The notes under the pieces: generated by a model
Seen by the model: the letters and a program-made list of their open reading frames with translations, nothing else
Database searches by the model: none
Told to the model about the DNA's origin: nothing
In this document: one piece after another, positions 34,620-44,465 of the stretch
Layout of the letters: every line of letters begins with the position of its first letter
Numbering within the stretch: position 1 is the first letter of the stretch
Translations under genes and position numbers: made by a program
DNA from: a virus
Lineage: Duplodnaviria > Caudoviricetes
Reading direction: 5' to 3' (one strand)
Length of the DNA stretch: 64,000 nucleotides
Virus record (IMG/VR): IMGVR_UViG_3300037467_001267
Coordinates: 8,096 to 72,095 of that record

Positions 34620-37189
34620 TTGCCCTCGTTCCCCTGTTCTCCTGGCTCGGCTCGTCCGTGGGCGGGGCGTTGTTCGGCGGCACGGCCGCTACGGCTACCG
34701 CCGCGGCAACGGGCGGGTTCGCCATCGGTTCCGCCGTCGGCACGGCCGTGGGCGTGGCGGCGGGTGCGTACATCGACAGCACGTACCTCTACCCGATGCT
34801 GATGCCGTCCCAGGACCAGAAGGGCCCACGCCTGGACGACCTGCCGATGCAGACGGCCAGCGAGGGCTCGGGCATGCACTACTGCCTGGGGGCGGAGAGC
34901 CGCGTGGCCGGCACGCTGATCTGGCTGTCGCCCCTGATCGAAGTCAAGCGGGAAGATCCAGTCGAGGGCGGCAAGGGCGGCGGCGGTGGTGCGAAGCAGA
35001 CCACGTACGACTACTACCTGGACATCGCCATCGGCGTGTGCGAAGGGCCTGTCGACGGCATCACCAAGATCTGGGCGGACAGCAAACTCATCTACGACGA
35101 GGACGGCTCGCTGCACGTCGGCGGCACGGCGACGGGCTACTCCCTGACGAGCTTCCAGCCGTTCGGCGACACTGCCCTCAACATCGGCGGAGGCACCGGC
35201 ACGTTCCTCAAGGGCGACTACGTCAAGATCCCCGGCCATGACTTGTACAAGGTCGCGGAAGACTACCCGGGCGGCGACGGGACGCTCATGATCGAGAATC
35301 CGGGGTTGGAGGACGAGGCCCACACCGGCGACTCGGTCACCCGCATCTCGCCCACGGGCGGGAACGGCATCTGGGACAACCGCATCAAGTTGGTCCGCAT
35401 CTACAACGGTGCCGACAACACACCCGACAGCATCATCGAATCGTACATGGGTGCCGGGAACGTGCCGGCGTTCAAGGACACCGTGGTGGTCGTCATTAAG
35501 GCCATGTTGCTCCGTGACTGGGGCAACCGATGCCCGCAGTTCAGCTTCCTGGTCCGGGCACAAACCCACGAGTCCGCGGCGGCGGGAATCTCGAACCTCC
35601 TGGAGCGTGCCGGCGTGGCGTTCTCGCGGGGAGAGTATAACGTCGATGCCGTGCCCAAGTCCGTCCGCGGCTACTCACTGACGGGCCCCACGGAGACCGT
35701 CAAGGCCATCGAGCCCATCCTCCAGGCGTACGACATTCTGGTCCAGGAGAGCAACAGCTCCCTCCGATTCTTCGCCCGTGGTGCCGAGACCAAGATCGAA
35801 GTGTTCGCTGATGATCTGGCCGCTGCCGAAGGCGACGGCACCGCGTCCCGCCCGTTCCGGCTGAGCGATCCGTCCGGCTTCGACCTGCCGCGGGAAGTGA
35901 ACGTCAGCTACAACGACCCCACCATCGACTGGCAGCGGGGCTCCCAGCGAATCGTCCGCAACGACGCCAACACGACGCAAGTCCTCACCATCGACGTGCC
36001 CATGACCCTCCATCCCAGCGACGCCGCCAACCTGGCCGCGTCGCGGTTGTGGCGGGGGTACGCCGAGCGGATGCAGATGGAGCTCACGCTCCCGCCCCGC
36101 TACTTCCATGCGCAAGAGAACGACATCCTCACCATCCCGTACGATGGTAACGTCTACTCCATGCGGATCCAGGAGATCAACGAGGGCGTCAACCACCTGC
36201 TCGAAGTCAAGGGCCTGCTGGTCGGCGTGGAGGACATCGACGAGTCGGTGGAGTGCGGTGCCCGCCTCAACGAGTCACCCCCGCCCGCGTTCAGTGCCCC
36301 GGTCGAGGTCATGATCCAGGACGCACCCGCCCTGGCGGCGGAACATGCCGACGAGACGGGGGTGTACATCACCGCCGCGAGCAACTCGGCCATCTCCAAC
36401 TTCGCCGGGGCGGCGGTGTACGCCAGCACCGACGGCACGAACTTCTCCCAGGTCACCGACATCCAGGCCCCGGCATCGACCGGGTACGCGGCCACCATCC
36501 TGCCTACGTCACAGCCCGGCGTCTGGGACACCGAATCGTCGCTGGAGATCGAGATGATCGAGGGCGACCTGCAGAGCGTGACGGACGAGCGGGTGTATAA
36601 TGGCGCCAACCGGATGTGGGTGGGCAAGGAACTGGTGGCCTACCGAGACGCCACGCTGATCGGCCCGCGTCGGTACAAGTTGACGAACTTCCTGCGGGGA
36701 CTCCGGAGCACGCCCACCGACGGCCACGACATGGCCGAGCTTTGCGTCGTGGTGTCGCCGAACACGCACCAGTTCCTCCCACTCAACCGGAGCGGCACGC
36801 ACCACTTCAAGGTCGTCCAGCTCGGGGAGACCCTGGAGGACGTCAGCACCCAAACTGTCGAAGTCGCTGGTGGGCCGGCACGGCAACTCGCCCCGATCGT
36901 CCATACCGCCTACCGCGACACCGACGGTGCCCTGACCGTCGAATGGTTCCGCCGCACCCGCTATCCGGTGCCGGTATGGTCCGCGTACAAACCCCTCGGC
37001 AGCGAGGTGGAGGTGTACGAGGTGGACTTCGGTGGGCTGCGCACCAAACAAGTTTCTTCCCCGTCCGTCACGTACAGTGCGGCGGAGCAAACCGAAGATG
37101 GACTCACGCCGGGCGACCCCGTCGTGGTGACCATTTACCAACTCAGTGAGCGGGTGGGCCGTGGCTACCCCGCACAGGAGACGTTATGA
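34610..37189 (+). CDS. Central tail/baseplate protein (GTA Phage-tail_3 family)
   Basis: GPRLDDL..CEGPVDGITKIWAD..LPREVNVSY..LRG..T; C-terminal WFRRTR. Confidence 0.85.
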   Translation: MAVVALVPLFSWLGSSVGGALFGGTAATATAAATGGFAIGSAVGTAVGVAAGAYIDSTYLYPMLMPSQDQKGPRLDDLPMQTASEGSGMHYCLGAESRVAGTLIWLSPLIEVKREDPVEGGKGGGGGAKQTTYDYYLDIAIGVCEGPVDGITKIWADSKLIYDEDGSLHVGGTATGYSLTSFQPFGDTALNIGGGTGTFLKGDYVKIPGHDLYKVAEDYPGGDGTLMIENPGLEDEAHTGDSVTRISPTGGNGIWDNRIKLVRIYNGADNTPDSIIESYMGAGNVPAFKDTVVVVIKAMLLRDWGNRCPQFSFLVRAQTHESAAAGISNLLERAGVAFSRGEYNVDAVPKSVRGYSLTGPTETVKAIEPILQAYDILVQESNSSLRFFARGAETKIEVFADDLAAAEGDGTASRPFRLSDPSGFDLPREVNVSYNDPTIDWQRGSQRIVRNDANTTQVLTIDVPMTLHPSDAANLAASRLWRGYAERMQMELTLPPRYFHAQENDILTIPYDGNVYSMRIQEINEGVNHLLEVKGLLVGVEDIDESVECGARLNESPPPAFSAPVEVMIQDAPALAAEHADETGVYITAASNSAISNFAGAAVYASTDGTNFSQVTDIQAPASTGYAATILPTSQPGVWDTESSLEIEMIEGDLQSVTDERVYNGANRMWVGKELVAYRDATLIGPRRYKLTNFLRGLRSTPTDGHDMAELCVVVSPNTHQFLPLNRSGTHHFKVVQLGETLEDVSTQTVEVAGGPARQLAPIVHTAYRDTDGALTVEWFRRTRYPVPVWSAYKPLGSEVEVYEVDFGGLRTKQVSSPSVTYSAAEQTEDGLTPGDPVVVTIYQLSERVGRGYPAQETL

Positions 37190-37647
37190 TTCAGACCACT
37201 CCCCGACATGCCTTGCCTCTCGTTGACGGCAACCAGGCGTCCCAGGAAGTCCCGCACAACACGTCCATCGTGGGCCTGGACCAGCTGACGAACCTCGCCG
37301 TGTCCTCGGTCAAGACGCTGTCGAACACGCCGCCCGGTGCTCCGGCGAACGGCGATGCGCACATCGTCGGAGGCACGCCCACTGGCGCATGGGCCGGCAA
37401 CGCCGACAACGTGGCGTACTATTACTCTGGCTGGAAGTTCTTCACGCCCGTCGAGGGCATGAAGGTCTGGGCCAAGGACGAAGACGTGATCTACATCTAC
37501 GACGGCACGGCATGGAACGCAGCGAGCGTCGTGCCGAAGTACACCACCGCCGGTCTGCCTGCGCACAAGCAAGGCCTGATCGTCTTCGACACGACCAGCG
37601 GGCAGTTCAAAGGATCAACCGGCACGGCGTGGGTGGTCCTGGGGTAA
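37186..37647 (+). CDS. DUF2793 tail-associated protein
   Basis: QASQEVPHN..PPGAPANGDAHIV..GAWAG..WKFFTP.EG. Confidence 0.85.
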   Translation: MIQTTPRHALPLVDGNQASQEVPHNTSIVGLDQLTNLAVSSVKTLSNTPPGAPANGDAHIVGGTPTGAWAGNADNVAYYYSGWKFFTPVEGMKVWAKDEDVIYIYDGTAWNAASVVPKYTTAGLPAHKQGLIVFDTTSGQFKGSTGTAWVVLG

Positions 37648-37656
37648 GTAAAGGGG

Positions 37657-37827
37657 CTTTATGGGAATCCGTCCTCCTCGGGCACCGCTTCTACCTTCGT
37701 ATACTATCTCACTACTCTATACACATATATAGCAAAACCATATATCTTATCTTATCTCTTATAGGGTAGGGAGTTAGATGAGGGCGGGCGGAGGGTCGGT
37801 GCTGCATGGGCCTCGATTCCCGTAAAG
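37657..37827. repeat. IR-flanked AT-rich element, class 2, copy B (core inverted relative to copy A)
   Basis: Arms CTTTATGGGAATC..GGCACCG and CGGTGC..GATTCCCGTAAAG; core TATCTTATCTTATCTCTTAT. Confidence 0.8.
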
Positions 37828-37898
37828 GGTCTTTAGTCGCCACGATTCCTGCTCGCTGGTGGGTTTCCCACGGGCAGGCGTGGTGGAAAATTTTCTGG

Positions 37899-37927
37899 TT
37901 TACTTTTGGTGGAGGGTCGCTTAGGAT
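37899..37927 (+). promoter_or_regulatory. Sigma70-type promoter
   Basis: TTTACT-17-TAGGAT, AATTTTCTGG upstream, GATAGGAGATAG downstream. Confidence 0.7.
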
Positions 37928-37967
37928 TCGGTCAGTCAGATTTGGACGCCGATAGGAGATAGTAATC

Positions 37968-39131
37968 ATGTCTACCGTGAACCAGTACCTCGCTAAGCTG
38001 TTCCTGAAGAACGAAGCCATCGAGAAGCACTTCACCGACGCCCAGATCTGCGAGATGATGGCTCAGCGGTTCCCGGGCACGGCCGCGAGCCGCCCCGAGA
38101 AGATTCGCTATCGCCGCCAGCAGTTCAACGAGAACATGGGCCAGTTCGAAGGGATGAACCCGGACAAGGTCGTGTCCTACGAGTACGATGCCGACGGCAA
38201 CCAGGTCCAGCCGGTCAAGACCGTCACGAAGCGGGTGGTGGTCGAGGGCGGAGTTACCGCCGACCAGGTCAAGGAAATTGTGGACGAAGCCATCGCCCAG
38301 CAGGCCGCGAAGGAGAAGCCTGCGATCACGATCACCGTGCCGAGCCGCAACCACTCGATCACGATGCCGAGCGACGACGTTCACGAGAAGTTCCAGAAGG
38401 CACTGATCAAGCTCAAGGCGGGCGTGCCGGTGCTCCTGGTTGGACCTGCTGGCTCGGGCAAGACGACTCTCGCTAAGCAACTCGCTGCCGCCCTGGGGCT
38501 CCAGTTCACGTTTAACTCGATGTCGCTGGGCACCAAAGAGACGGACATCCTGGGCCGCACGCTCCCTGACGAGAAGGGCAACTGGATCTATCGCCCCAGC
38601 CCGTTCGTTAACACGTACCAGAACGGTGGGCTCCACCTGTTTGACGAAATCGACGCCAGCGACCCGAACCTGCTGGTGAGCATTAACGCCGCCATCGCGA
38701 ATAAGCTCCTGAGCATTCCCTTCCGTGACGACCCCACGCCCATCGCGATGCACGAGGATACTCTGATCATCGCTGCGGCGAATACGTACGGGAATGGGGC
38801 CAACCGGATGTACGTCGGTCGCAACCAACTCGATGCGGCGACCCTGAATCGGTTCACCATGGGGACGATCACGATCGACTACGATCGCAAGTTGGAAGCT
38901 CGTCTGACTCCCTCCCGCCTCGGTGGGAACACCGCGATGGCGGAGGTTCTGCTGAACTGGGCCTGGACGACGAGGGAGCGTATCGACCGCAACGCCCTCA
39001 AGCGGATCATGAGCACCCGGAACATCCTCGATGCCGCCGACTGCCTCCATGCGGGCGAGACGATGGACGAGATCAAGACGACGTATTTTGAGGGCTGGTC
39101 GCAGGACGAACTGCGGGCGGTCGCTGCCTAA
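37968..39131 (+). CDS. MoxR/CbbQ/CobS-like AAA+ ATPase
   Basis: GPAGSGKT, LFDEID, AAANTYG..YVGRNQLDAATLNRF. Confidence 0.9.
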   Translation: MSTVNQYLAKLFLKNEAIEKHFTDAQICEMMAQRFPGTAASRPEKIRYRRQQFNENMGQFEGMNPDKVVSYEYDADGNQVQPVKTVTKRVVVEGGVTADQVKEIVDEAIAQQAAKEKPAITITVPSRNHSITMPSDDVHEKFQKALIKLKAGVPVLLVGPAGSGKTTLAKQLAAALGLQFTFNSMSLGTKETDILGRTLPDEKGNWIYRPSPFVNTYQNGGLHLFDEIDASDPNLLVSINAAIANKLLSIPFRDDPTPIAMHEDTLIIAAANTYGNGANRMYVGRNQLDAATLNRFTMGTITIDYDRKLEARLTPSRLGGNTAMAEVLLNWAWTTRERIDRNALKRIMSTRNILDAADCLHAGETMDEIKTTYFEGWSQDELRAVAA

Positions 39132-39142
39132 GAATTTTCTGG

Positions 39143-39171
39143 TAGACTCCCGGGAGTGGTTCGGCTATACT
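39143..39171 (+). promoter_or_regulatory. Sigma70-type promoter overlapped by two CTCCCGGGAG palindromes
   Basis: TAGACT-17-TATACT. Confidence 0.65.
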
Positions 39172-39192
39172 CCCGGGAGATAGGAGATAGGA

Positions 39193-40020
39193 ATGAAACT
39201 GCCCCCGATCAAAACCGATGGACGCATCCGCCGACACGAGTATACGGGCGTGGGCCATGCCGTAGACATCGCGGTGTCCGGCGACAGCCGTACGGAAGCA
39301 GGTCGAAAGATCGGCGACAAGCTCTCCACGATGAGCACGAGCTGGACTGGTTACAAGTCGGCTCGCGATAACCGCGAAGCGGACATCGAAACGCTTGCGA
39401 CGATCCGGCAGATCCGCGACCGCATCGAGCGGCAGCTGGACCTGCCCCAGCAGACCGTTCGCCGTCGCCGGCATGGTCTCGACTCGGGTGCGGAGCTTGA
39501 TCCGATCGCCTGGGTCCAACGTGACCCGTACGGCTGGACGGATACGCTCCGCGAACCGCAGACCAAGCGTGTGATCCGCATCGGAGTGAATCTGGTCCTC
39601 TCCTCGTTCATGGGGCAAAGCTACGTGCTCTATCGCGGGGCGTGCGCCGTGGCTCTGGCGGATATTCTTTCCTCGCAGGGTATCGACGTGGAGTTGGTCG
39701 CCTTTAAAGCATCGAGCGATGCGGACGGCGCAGGTCAGACCGATGTGCAGAGCGTCGTGGTTAAGGCGAGCGATCAGCCGTTAAACCTCGCTGCCTGTGC
39801 GACGTGTTTCTGCTCGCTGAGTTTCGTCCGAACCGTGCTTCTGGCCGGCCAAGCTCGTATGTGCCCGCTGCCTCCCCATTCCTCGATGGGCTCGCCCACG
39901 AATTTGCCGGAGGAGGATCGTAAAGGTTTCGACGTTATCATCGACCAAGACGTACAAACGTACGATGGGGCCGTCACCCGCGTCTTAGAAGAGGTTAGGA
40001 AGGCTTCCGGGCGGGCGTAG
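39193..40020 (+). CDS. vWA/CobT-like partner of the AAA+ ATPase
   Basis: RRRRHGLDSGAELDP..; degenerate MIDAS region; VELVAF; adjacent to MoxR. Confidence 0.65.
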   Translation: MKLPPIKTDGRIRRHEYTGVGHAVDIAVSGDSRTEAGRKIGDKLSTMSTSWTGYKSARDNREADIETLATIRQIRDRIERQLDLPQQTVRRRRHGLDSGAELDPIAWVQRDPYGWTDTLREPQTKRVIRIGVNLVLSSFMGQSYVLYRGACAVALADILSSQGIDVELVAFKASSDADGAGQTDVQSVVVKASDQPLNLAACATCFCSLSFVRTVLLAGQARMCPLPPHSSMGSPTNLPEEDRKGFDVIIDQDVQTYDGAVTRVLEEVRKASGRA

Positions 40021-40095
40021 GCTACCCGGATATACCCTAGACCCCGATCGGGTCTAGAACCAAGCAGGAACCACCCTAGCATAGAGGATAGTCCG

Positions 40096-40761
40096 ATGGT
40101 TATTACCCTCCCCGATACCCCGAACGAACTTATTAAGGCTATCGCCGCGATGTCCGCCAGCGAGCTACAGGAGCAGTACGGCATCTGGGAGCAGCACGCG
40201 GCGGAGTACGAAGTGTTTGAAGAGCAGGCGAAGCTGATCTGGGCCAAAGAGGTTCTGCGGGTACTCGACCAACGCATCGCGGAGCTTTCCGGTGAACATG
40301 ACGCGCAGCCCGTCCGGGTGCGCCACTTCTCGATCACGACCAAGGGCGGCAGCGAGACGTTCGCCAGCTCGCTGACCGACGACGAAGCACGAAAGATTTG
40401 CCAGAACCACGTCAGCGAGTTCGCCCGCAAGCTCGGGTTTACCCGCAAGCCGACCGACGCCCAGTGGGCGTGGATCCATAAGCTCGCGAACGAGAAACCC
40501 AGCCAGAGCGAATGGGAGGGCACCGTGGGTGGGAAATGGCAGGGCAACGCCCGAGTCGTCGCCATGCTGCCTCGTGACGGGGCTCGCGGGCCGCAGACTA
40601 TCGTGAGGCTCCTCGTGGGCCATAACGAGTTCACGTGGTTCGCGACCGGGACGCCCGACATGGCGGTGGGTGACGTGGTGCGAATCGACGCCACGGTGAA
40701 GGCCCACGAGACGTTCCGCGGCATTAAGCAGACCATCCTGACGCGGGTGAAGAAAATTTAG
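40096..40761 (+). CDS. Hypothetical protein with C-terminal OB-fold-like domain
   Basis: TWFATG..GDVVRIDATVKAHETFRGIKQTILTRVK. Confidence 0.6.
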   Translation: MVITLPDTPNELIKAIAAMSASELQEQYGIWEQHAAEYEVFEEQAKLIWAKEVLRVLDQRIAELSGEHDAQPVRVRHFSITTKGGSETFASSLTDDEARKICQNHVSEFARKLGFTRKPTDAQWAWIHKLANEKPSQSEWEGTVGGKWQGNARVVAMLPRDGARGPQTIVRLLVGHNEFTWFATGTPDMAVGDVVRIDATVKAHETFRGIKQTILTRVKKI

Positions 40762-40791
40762 TTGGGTCTAGCTTTAATTACCCCGATAGAG

Positions 40792-40797
40792 TATAAT
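40792..40797 (+). promoter_or_regulatory. -10 box TATAAT upstream of SNF2 gene
   Basis: TATAAT in an AT-rich intergenic gap; no clear -35. Confidence 0.4.
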
Positions 40798-40817
40798 ATA
40801 CACCGGAGCATATAGGA

Positions 40818-42944
40818 ATGATCACGGCCATCGAAAACGTCGTTCAGCCGCTCTGCGAAGCAACGGCGGGCATGTTCGAACCCCTCCACCCGTACGAATG
40901 GGACTGGTTGGAGATCGGCGTGACCGACGACGTGGACAAGTTCCTCGTCAGGGGCCGCACGTACACGAAGGTCAAGGCGGAGGGGTGTAAGTGGTGCGAC
41001 CTGCCCCAGTCCGAGCACTGGTCGGGCGGGCACAAGTTCCAGCCCGTCGAGGTAGCTTTCGTCCAGGACGGGGAGAGCTACGGGGAGTCGGGCATGGCCC
41101 CCAGCGGGGCCTTCAACAAGCTCCTGGAGCGCATCCCCGAGAAGCGGCTCCACTCCAAGCACGACAACGAGTGGTCGTGCGCCACGACCGACTTCACCGC
41201 CCTCCTGATCAAGTCGCTGTGGCCCGCCGACCGCATCCGCTGGCGCAGCGAGAACGCCCACCTGATGTTCTCCTACCTGACGGCACGGTTCTCGTCCCAG
41301 GCGGCGGCGGCTAAGATCGCCGCGGAGTACAAGGTCAACAAGACCGTGCCGGCCCTGCCGGCGGACTTCATCGAGCACCCGGACTACCCCCTGTTGGGCT
41401 TCCAGCGAGTCCCCACGGCGATGTTCGCGTTCCGCGAGTCGGCAGCACTGTTCATGGAGCAGGGGTGCGGCAAGACCCCGACCACGATCGCCCGCATCAT
41501 GCTCGAAGCCCAGCGGAAGTTCCGGGGCCAGACCAAGGGTGTGTCGGCCGGGATGTACCGCGTCCTGATCGTCTGCCCCAACCAGGTTCGCTACAACTGG
41601 CAGATGGAGTTCGAAAAGTTCGCGACCCTCCCCGGGAAGGTGACGGTGCTCCGCGGCGGGCAGCTAGCACGCGGCAAAAAGCTCATCGACGCAGTCAGGG
41701 CGGAGCCGGACTGCTGCTGGTCGGCCGTCGTCATCGGGTACGACACCGTCAACTCGATGCTCGAGCATCTCAAGCTCGTCAAGTTCGACCTGGCCGTGTG
41801 CGACGAATCGCACATGATCAAGAGTGCCCGGGCTCTCCGGTCGCAGGTCATGCGGAGACTCCGCGACGAGGGGCAGATCCGCCAGCGGATGATCCTGACC
41901 GGCACGCCGATCGCGAACACGCTCATGGACCTCTGGAACCAGTTGGAGTTCCTGGGCCCGGGGCTGTCGGGGTTCCAGGCGTTCTCCGCCTTCAAGTCGT
42001 TCCACGGCAAGTGGGTGCGGGGCATTGGCGGCACGGTCATTGAGAAGCTGGTCGGGCTGAGGAACGTCCCGCTCATCCAGGAGCGGCTGGCCCGGCTCGC
42101 CTTCATGATCACGAAAGAGGAGGCGGGGCTGGAGCTGCCCGACCTTCAGGAGATCCCGCTGGAGGTGGAGATGTCTCCGCAGCAGGCGGAGTATTACGTC
42201 AAGGTTCGCGACCAGCTCGCCATCGAGATCCAGAACGACAAGGACGAGGCCGAGCGGGCGGGCAAGAAGCTCCAGGTCAGCCACGTCCTCACGAAGCTGC
42301 TCCGCCTGTCGCAGATCACGAGCGGGTTCATCCGCTGGGACGACGTGATCGACGAAGAGGGCAACGTCGTCAAAGAGGGTTTCGTGGAACCCATCCCGGG
42401 CGAGAATCCGAAGCTGGAAGCCCTCATCGAGAAGCTCAAGGAAGAGGATCGCGACCCGCGGGCCAAGTCGATCATCTGGTCGTGCTGGAAGAGCTCCATC
42501 GTCATGATCGCGGAGCGGCTGGAGGAGGAGGGCATCCCGTTCGTCGAGTACTGGGGCGAAGTCTCCCAGGCCCAGCGGGAGAAGGCGGTCTGGGACTTCA
42601 ACAACAACCCGGAAGTGAAGGTGTTTCTGGGCAACCCGTCGTGTGCGGGTGCGGGGCTGAACCTGCTCGGCTACAACCCCAACGACCCGGACGCCGACGA
42701 CACGTATTGCGATTGGGAGCTGGTCTACGACCAGGGCTGGTCGGCCGTCTTGCGATCCCAGGCCCTCGCCCGAGCCCACCGCAAGGGCACCCGCTTCCCC
42801 GTCACCGCGTACGACTTCATCGTGCCGGGTACGATCGACGAAGAGATCCGCAACCGCGTCACGAAGAAAATCGAGATGGCGAACAACATCCAGGATCTGT
42901 CGAACCTCCTCGACACGATCCTGGGGTATAAGGTGGAGGACTGA
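40818..42944 (+). CDS. SNF2-family SF2 helicase
   Basis: EQGCGKT, CDESH, LTGTP, GAGLNL, QALARAHRKG. Confidence 0.9.
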   Translation: MITAIENVVQPLCEATAGMFEPLHPYEWDWLEIGVTDDVDKFLVRGRTYTKVKAEGCKWCDLPQSEHWSGGHKFQPVEVAFVQDGESYGESGMAPSGAFNKLLERIPEKRLHSKHDNEWSCATTDFTALLIKSLWPADRIRWRSENAHLMFSYLTARFSSQAAAAKIAAEYKVNKTVPALPADFIEHPDYPLLGFQRVPTAMFAFRESAALFMEQGCGKTPTTIARIMLEAQRKFRGQTKGVSAGMYRVLIVCPNQVRYNWQMEFEKFATLPGKVTVLRGGQLARGKKLIDAVRAEPDCCWSAVVIGYDTVNSMLEHLKLVKFDLAVCDESHMIKSARALRSQVMRRLRDEGQIRQRMILTGTPIANTLMDLWNQLEFLGPGLSGFQAFSAFKSFHGKWVRGIGGTVIEKLVGLRNVPLIQERLARLAFMITKEEAGLELPDLQEIPLEVEMSPQQAEYYVKVRDQLAIEIQNDKDEAERAGKKLQVSHVLTKLLRLSQITSGFIRWDDVIDEEGNVVKEGFVEPIPGENPKLEALIEKLKEEDRDPRAKSIIWSCWKSSIVMIAERLEEEGIPFVEYWGEVSQAQREKAVWDFNNNPEVKVFLGNPSCAGAGLNLLGYNPNDPDADDTYCDWELVYDQGWSAVLRSQALARAHRKGTRFPVTAYDFIVPGTIDEEIRNRVTKKIEMANNIQDLSNLLDTILGYKVED

Positions 42945-42947
42945 GCC

Positions 42948-43217
42948 ATGTGGTGGATGCTAACGGACAACGCATGGCTGATGTTCTCTCCTCCGCCGTA
43001 TCTCGTCCAGCAGCGGAGACTGGAGCGTGACCGAGACTCCTACGGATATCCCAAGGGCGAGGCTCGCTGGGGCCCGTGGCGAACTGTGGTCGAGTTCTAC
43101 GACAAGACGCAAGCGGAGAACGTGACGCGGGTGCTGGACGCCCGCGTGATGCTAACGAACACCCCGCCGTATCATACGGTGCGGACGGATCGGGAATATA
43201 GGATGGTGACGCGATGA
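42948..43217 (+). CDS. Hypothetical protein
   Basis: GGAGG RBS. Confidence 0.6.
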   Translation: MWWMLTDNAWLMFSPPPYLVQQRRLERDRDSYGYPKGEARWGPWRTVVEFYDKTQAENVTRVLDARVMLTNTPPYHTVRTDREYRMVTR

Positions 43218-43501
43218 ATCTACCTCATCTCCATAGGGCCACGAATATGATCGCCTACGATGTGGGAGCGACGCACCGCCAATCGGGCTGGGGTGAAGCT
43301 CGCGTGGACCAAATCCTCCTCTGCGTCGAGGGTGAGGGTTATGATCTGCTTCCGATCGAGAAGTGGCTATCCACGTTGACGGATGAGCAGCTGGAGACGG
43401 TGTGTATCGACGAGCAGACGGAAGCAGAAGATATTCTTGCAGGGCCGAATGTTCCTGAGCTCGCTGGGGAGGTCTTGAATAGGATCTGGGAGTTAATTTA
43501 G
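43214..43501 (+). CDS. Small acidic protein
   Basis: About 18 D/E versus 5 K/R in 95 aa. Confidence 0.6.
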   Translation: MNLPHLHRATNMIAYDVGATHRQSGWGEARVDQILLCVEGEGYDLLPIEKWLSTLTDEQLETVCIDEQTEAEDILAGPNVPELAGEVLNRIWELI

Positions 43502-43509
43502 GAGCAACC

Positions 43510-43839
43510 ATGAATAGGAAAGTAGTAATGATCCAGGCAGACCCCCGCTACAGCACGCGGGGTCTGGAACAGTTCGGGGAGGTCACGTACCTCCTTCAAT
43601 ACAAGCCGTACGTGCTCGACACGCTCAACGTCCTCGACTCGATCAACCGGGCTCTCGACCTAATCAAGTTCGACCCCGAGGTGGACGTGATCGTCACCAC
43701 CGGGCCGTTCGTGCTCGTGTCGATGCTTTTCTGGGTGCTGGGTCGTCGCTACACGACGATGAACGTGCTCGTGTTCGACGCCCCGCACGACTGCTACACG
43801 GAGAAGAAGTATCTGCTGACCGAGTCGGATTACAAGTAG
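43510..43839 (+). CDS. Small alpha/beta (Rossmann/CARF-like) protein
   Basis: FDPEVDVIVTTGP..VLVFD..Y pattern. Confidence 0.5.
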   Translation: MNRKVVMIQADPRYSTRGLEQFGEVTYLLQYKPYVLDTLNVLDSINRALDLIKFDPEVDVIVTTGPFVLVSMLFWVLGRRYTTMNVLVFDAPHDCYTEKKYLLTESDYK

Positions 43840-43863
43840 GCCCTCTGGGCCAGATAGGAGATA

Positions 43864-44229
43864 GTGATGACTGCGGCTCGCAAGAAGAATACCCTGAACC
43901 GGCTCCAGACCCGACAGCTGGAGGATTGGCTCGTCGCCCATCGGGAAGATCTGGAGTCCGGCAAGATGGGTGCCCGTCATGAGATCGCTGCCGCCGCCCA
44001 GCGGGAGTTGAAGTTCATGATCACCGACGGCAACGTTACGGGCTCTGGTGACGTCATGGGAATCAAGTGGCCGCCACGGGCGAAGATGTCGAGTCCGATT
44101 CGCACGGGGCGACGGTGGAAGATCATCACCCAGGAACTAAACGCCCTCATGAAGACCTTGGGTCATGTCCCGAGTCCGGCGTTCCAAGCCTTGGTCGAAG
44201 AGGCGGAGACGATCGAGGAGGTGGCGTGA
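43864..44229 (+). CDS. Hypothetical protein (possible HTH)
   Basis: AGATAGGAGATAG leader. Confidence 0.6.
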   Translation: MMTAARKKNTLNRLQTRQLEDWLVAHREDLESGKMGARHEIAAAAQRELKFMITDGNVTGSGDVMGIKWPPRAKMSSPIRTGRRWKIITQELNALMKTLGHVPSPAFQALVEEAETIEEVA

Positions 44230-44465
44230 TGTGGACCAAAGCCCAGGACGTGCCTAAAGAGTCCGCCGACGCTGTGCTGGATCGGTTCGACAAGTCGGAG
44301 CCCGCGATTCAGCGGATGATCACCCTACAGTACGTGCTCGACGCGACCAACCGGCTGGAGTACATCGAGTACCTCCACGAATTCATCAAGAGGTTCGTGA
44401 ATACCGATGTGGTCAAACCCGAGCCGTACGCGGCTTGGAGGGAAAGGACGAACCGCGATGGCTAA
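44229..44465 (+). CDS. Hypothetical protein
   Basis: GGAGG RBS, coupled. Confidence 0.55.
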   Translation: MWTKAQDVPKESADAVLDRFDKSEPAIQRMITLQYVLDATNRLEYIEYLHEFIKRFVNTDVVKPEPYAAWRERTNRDG

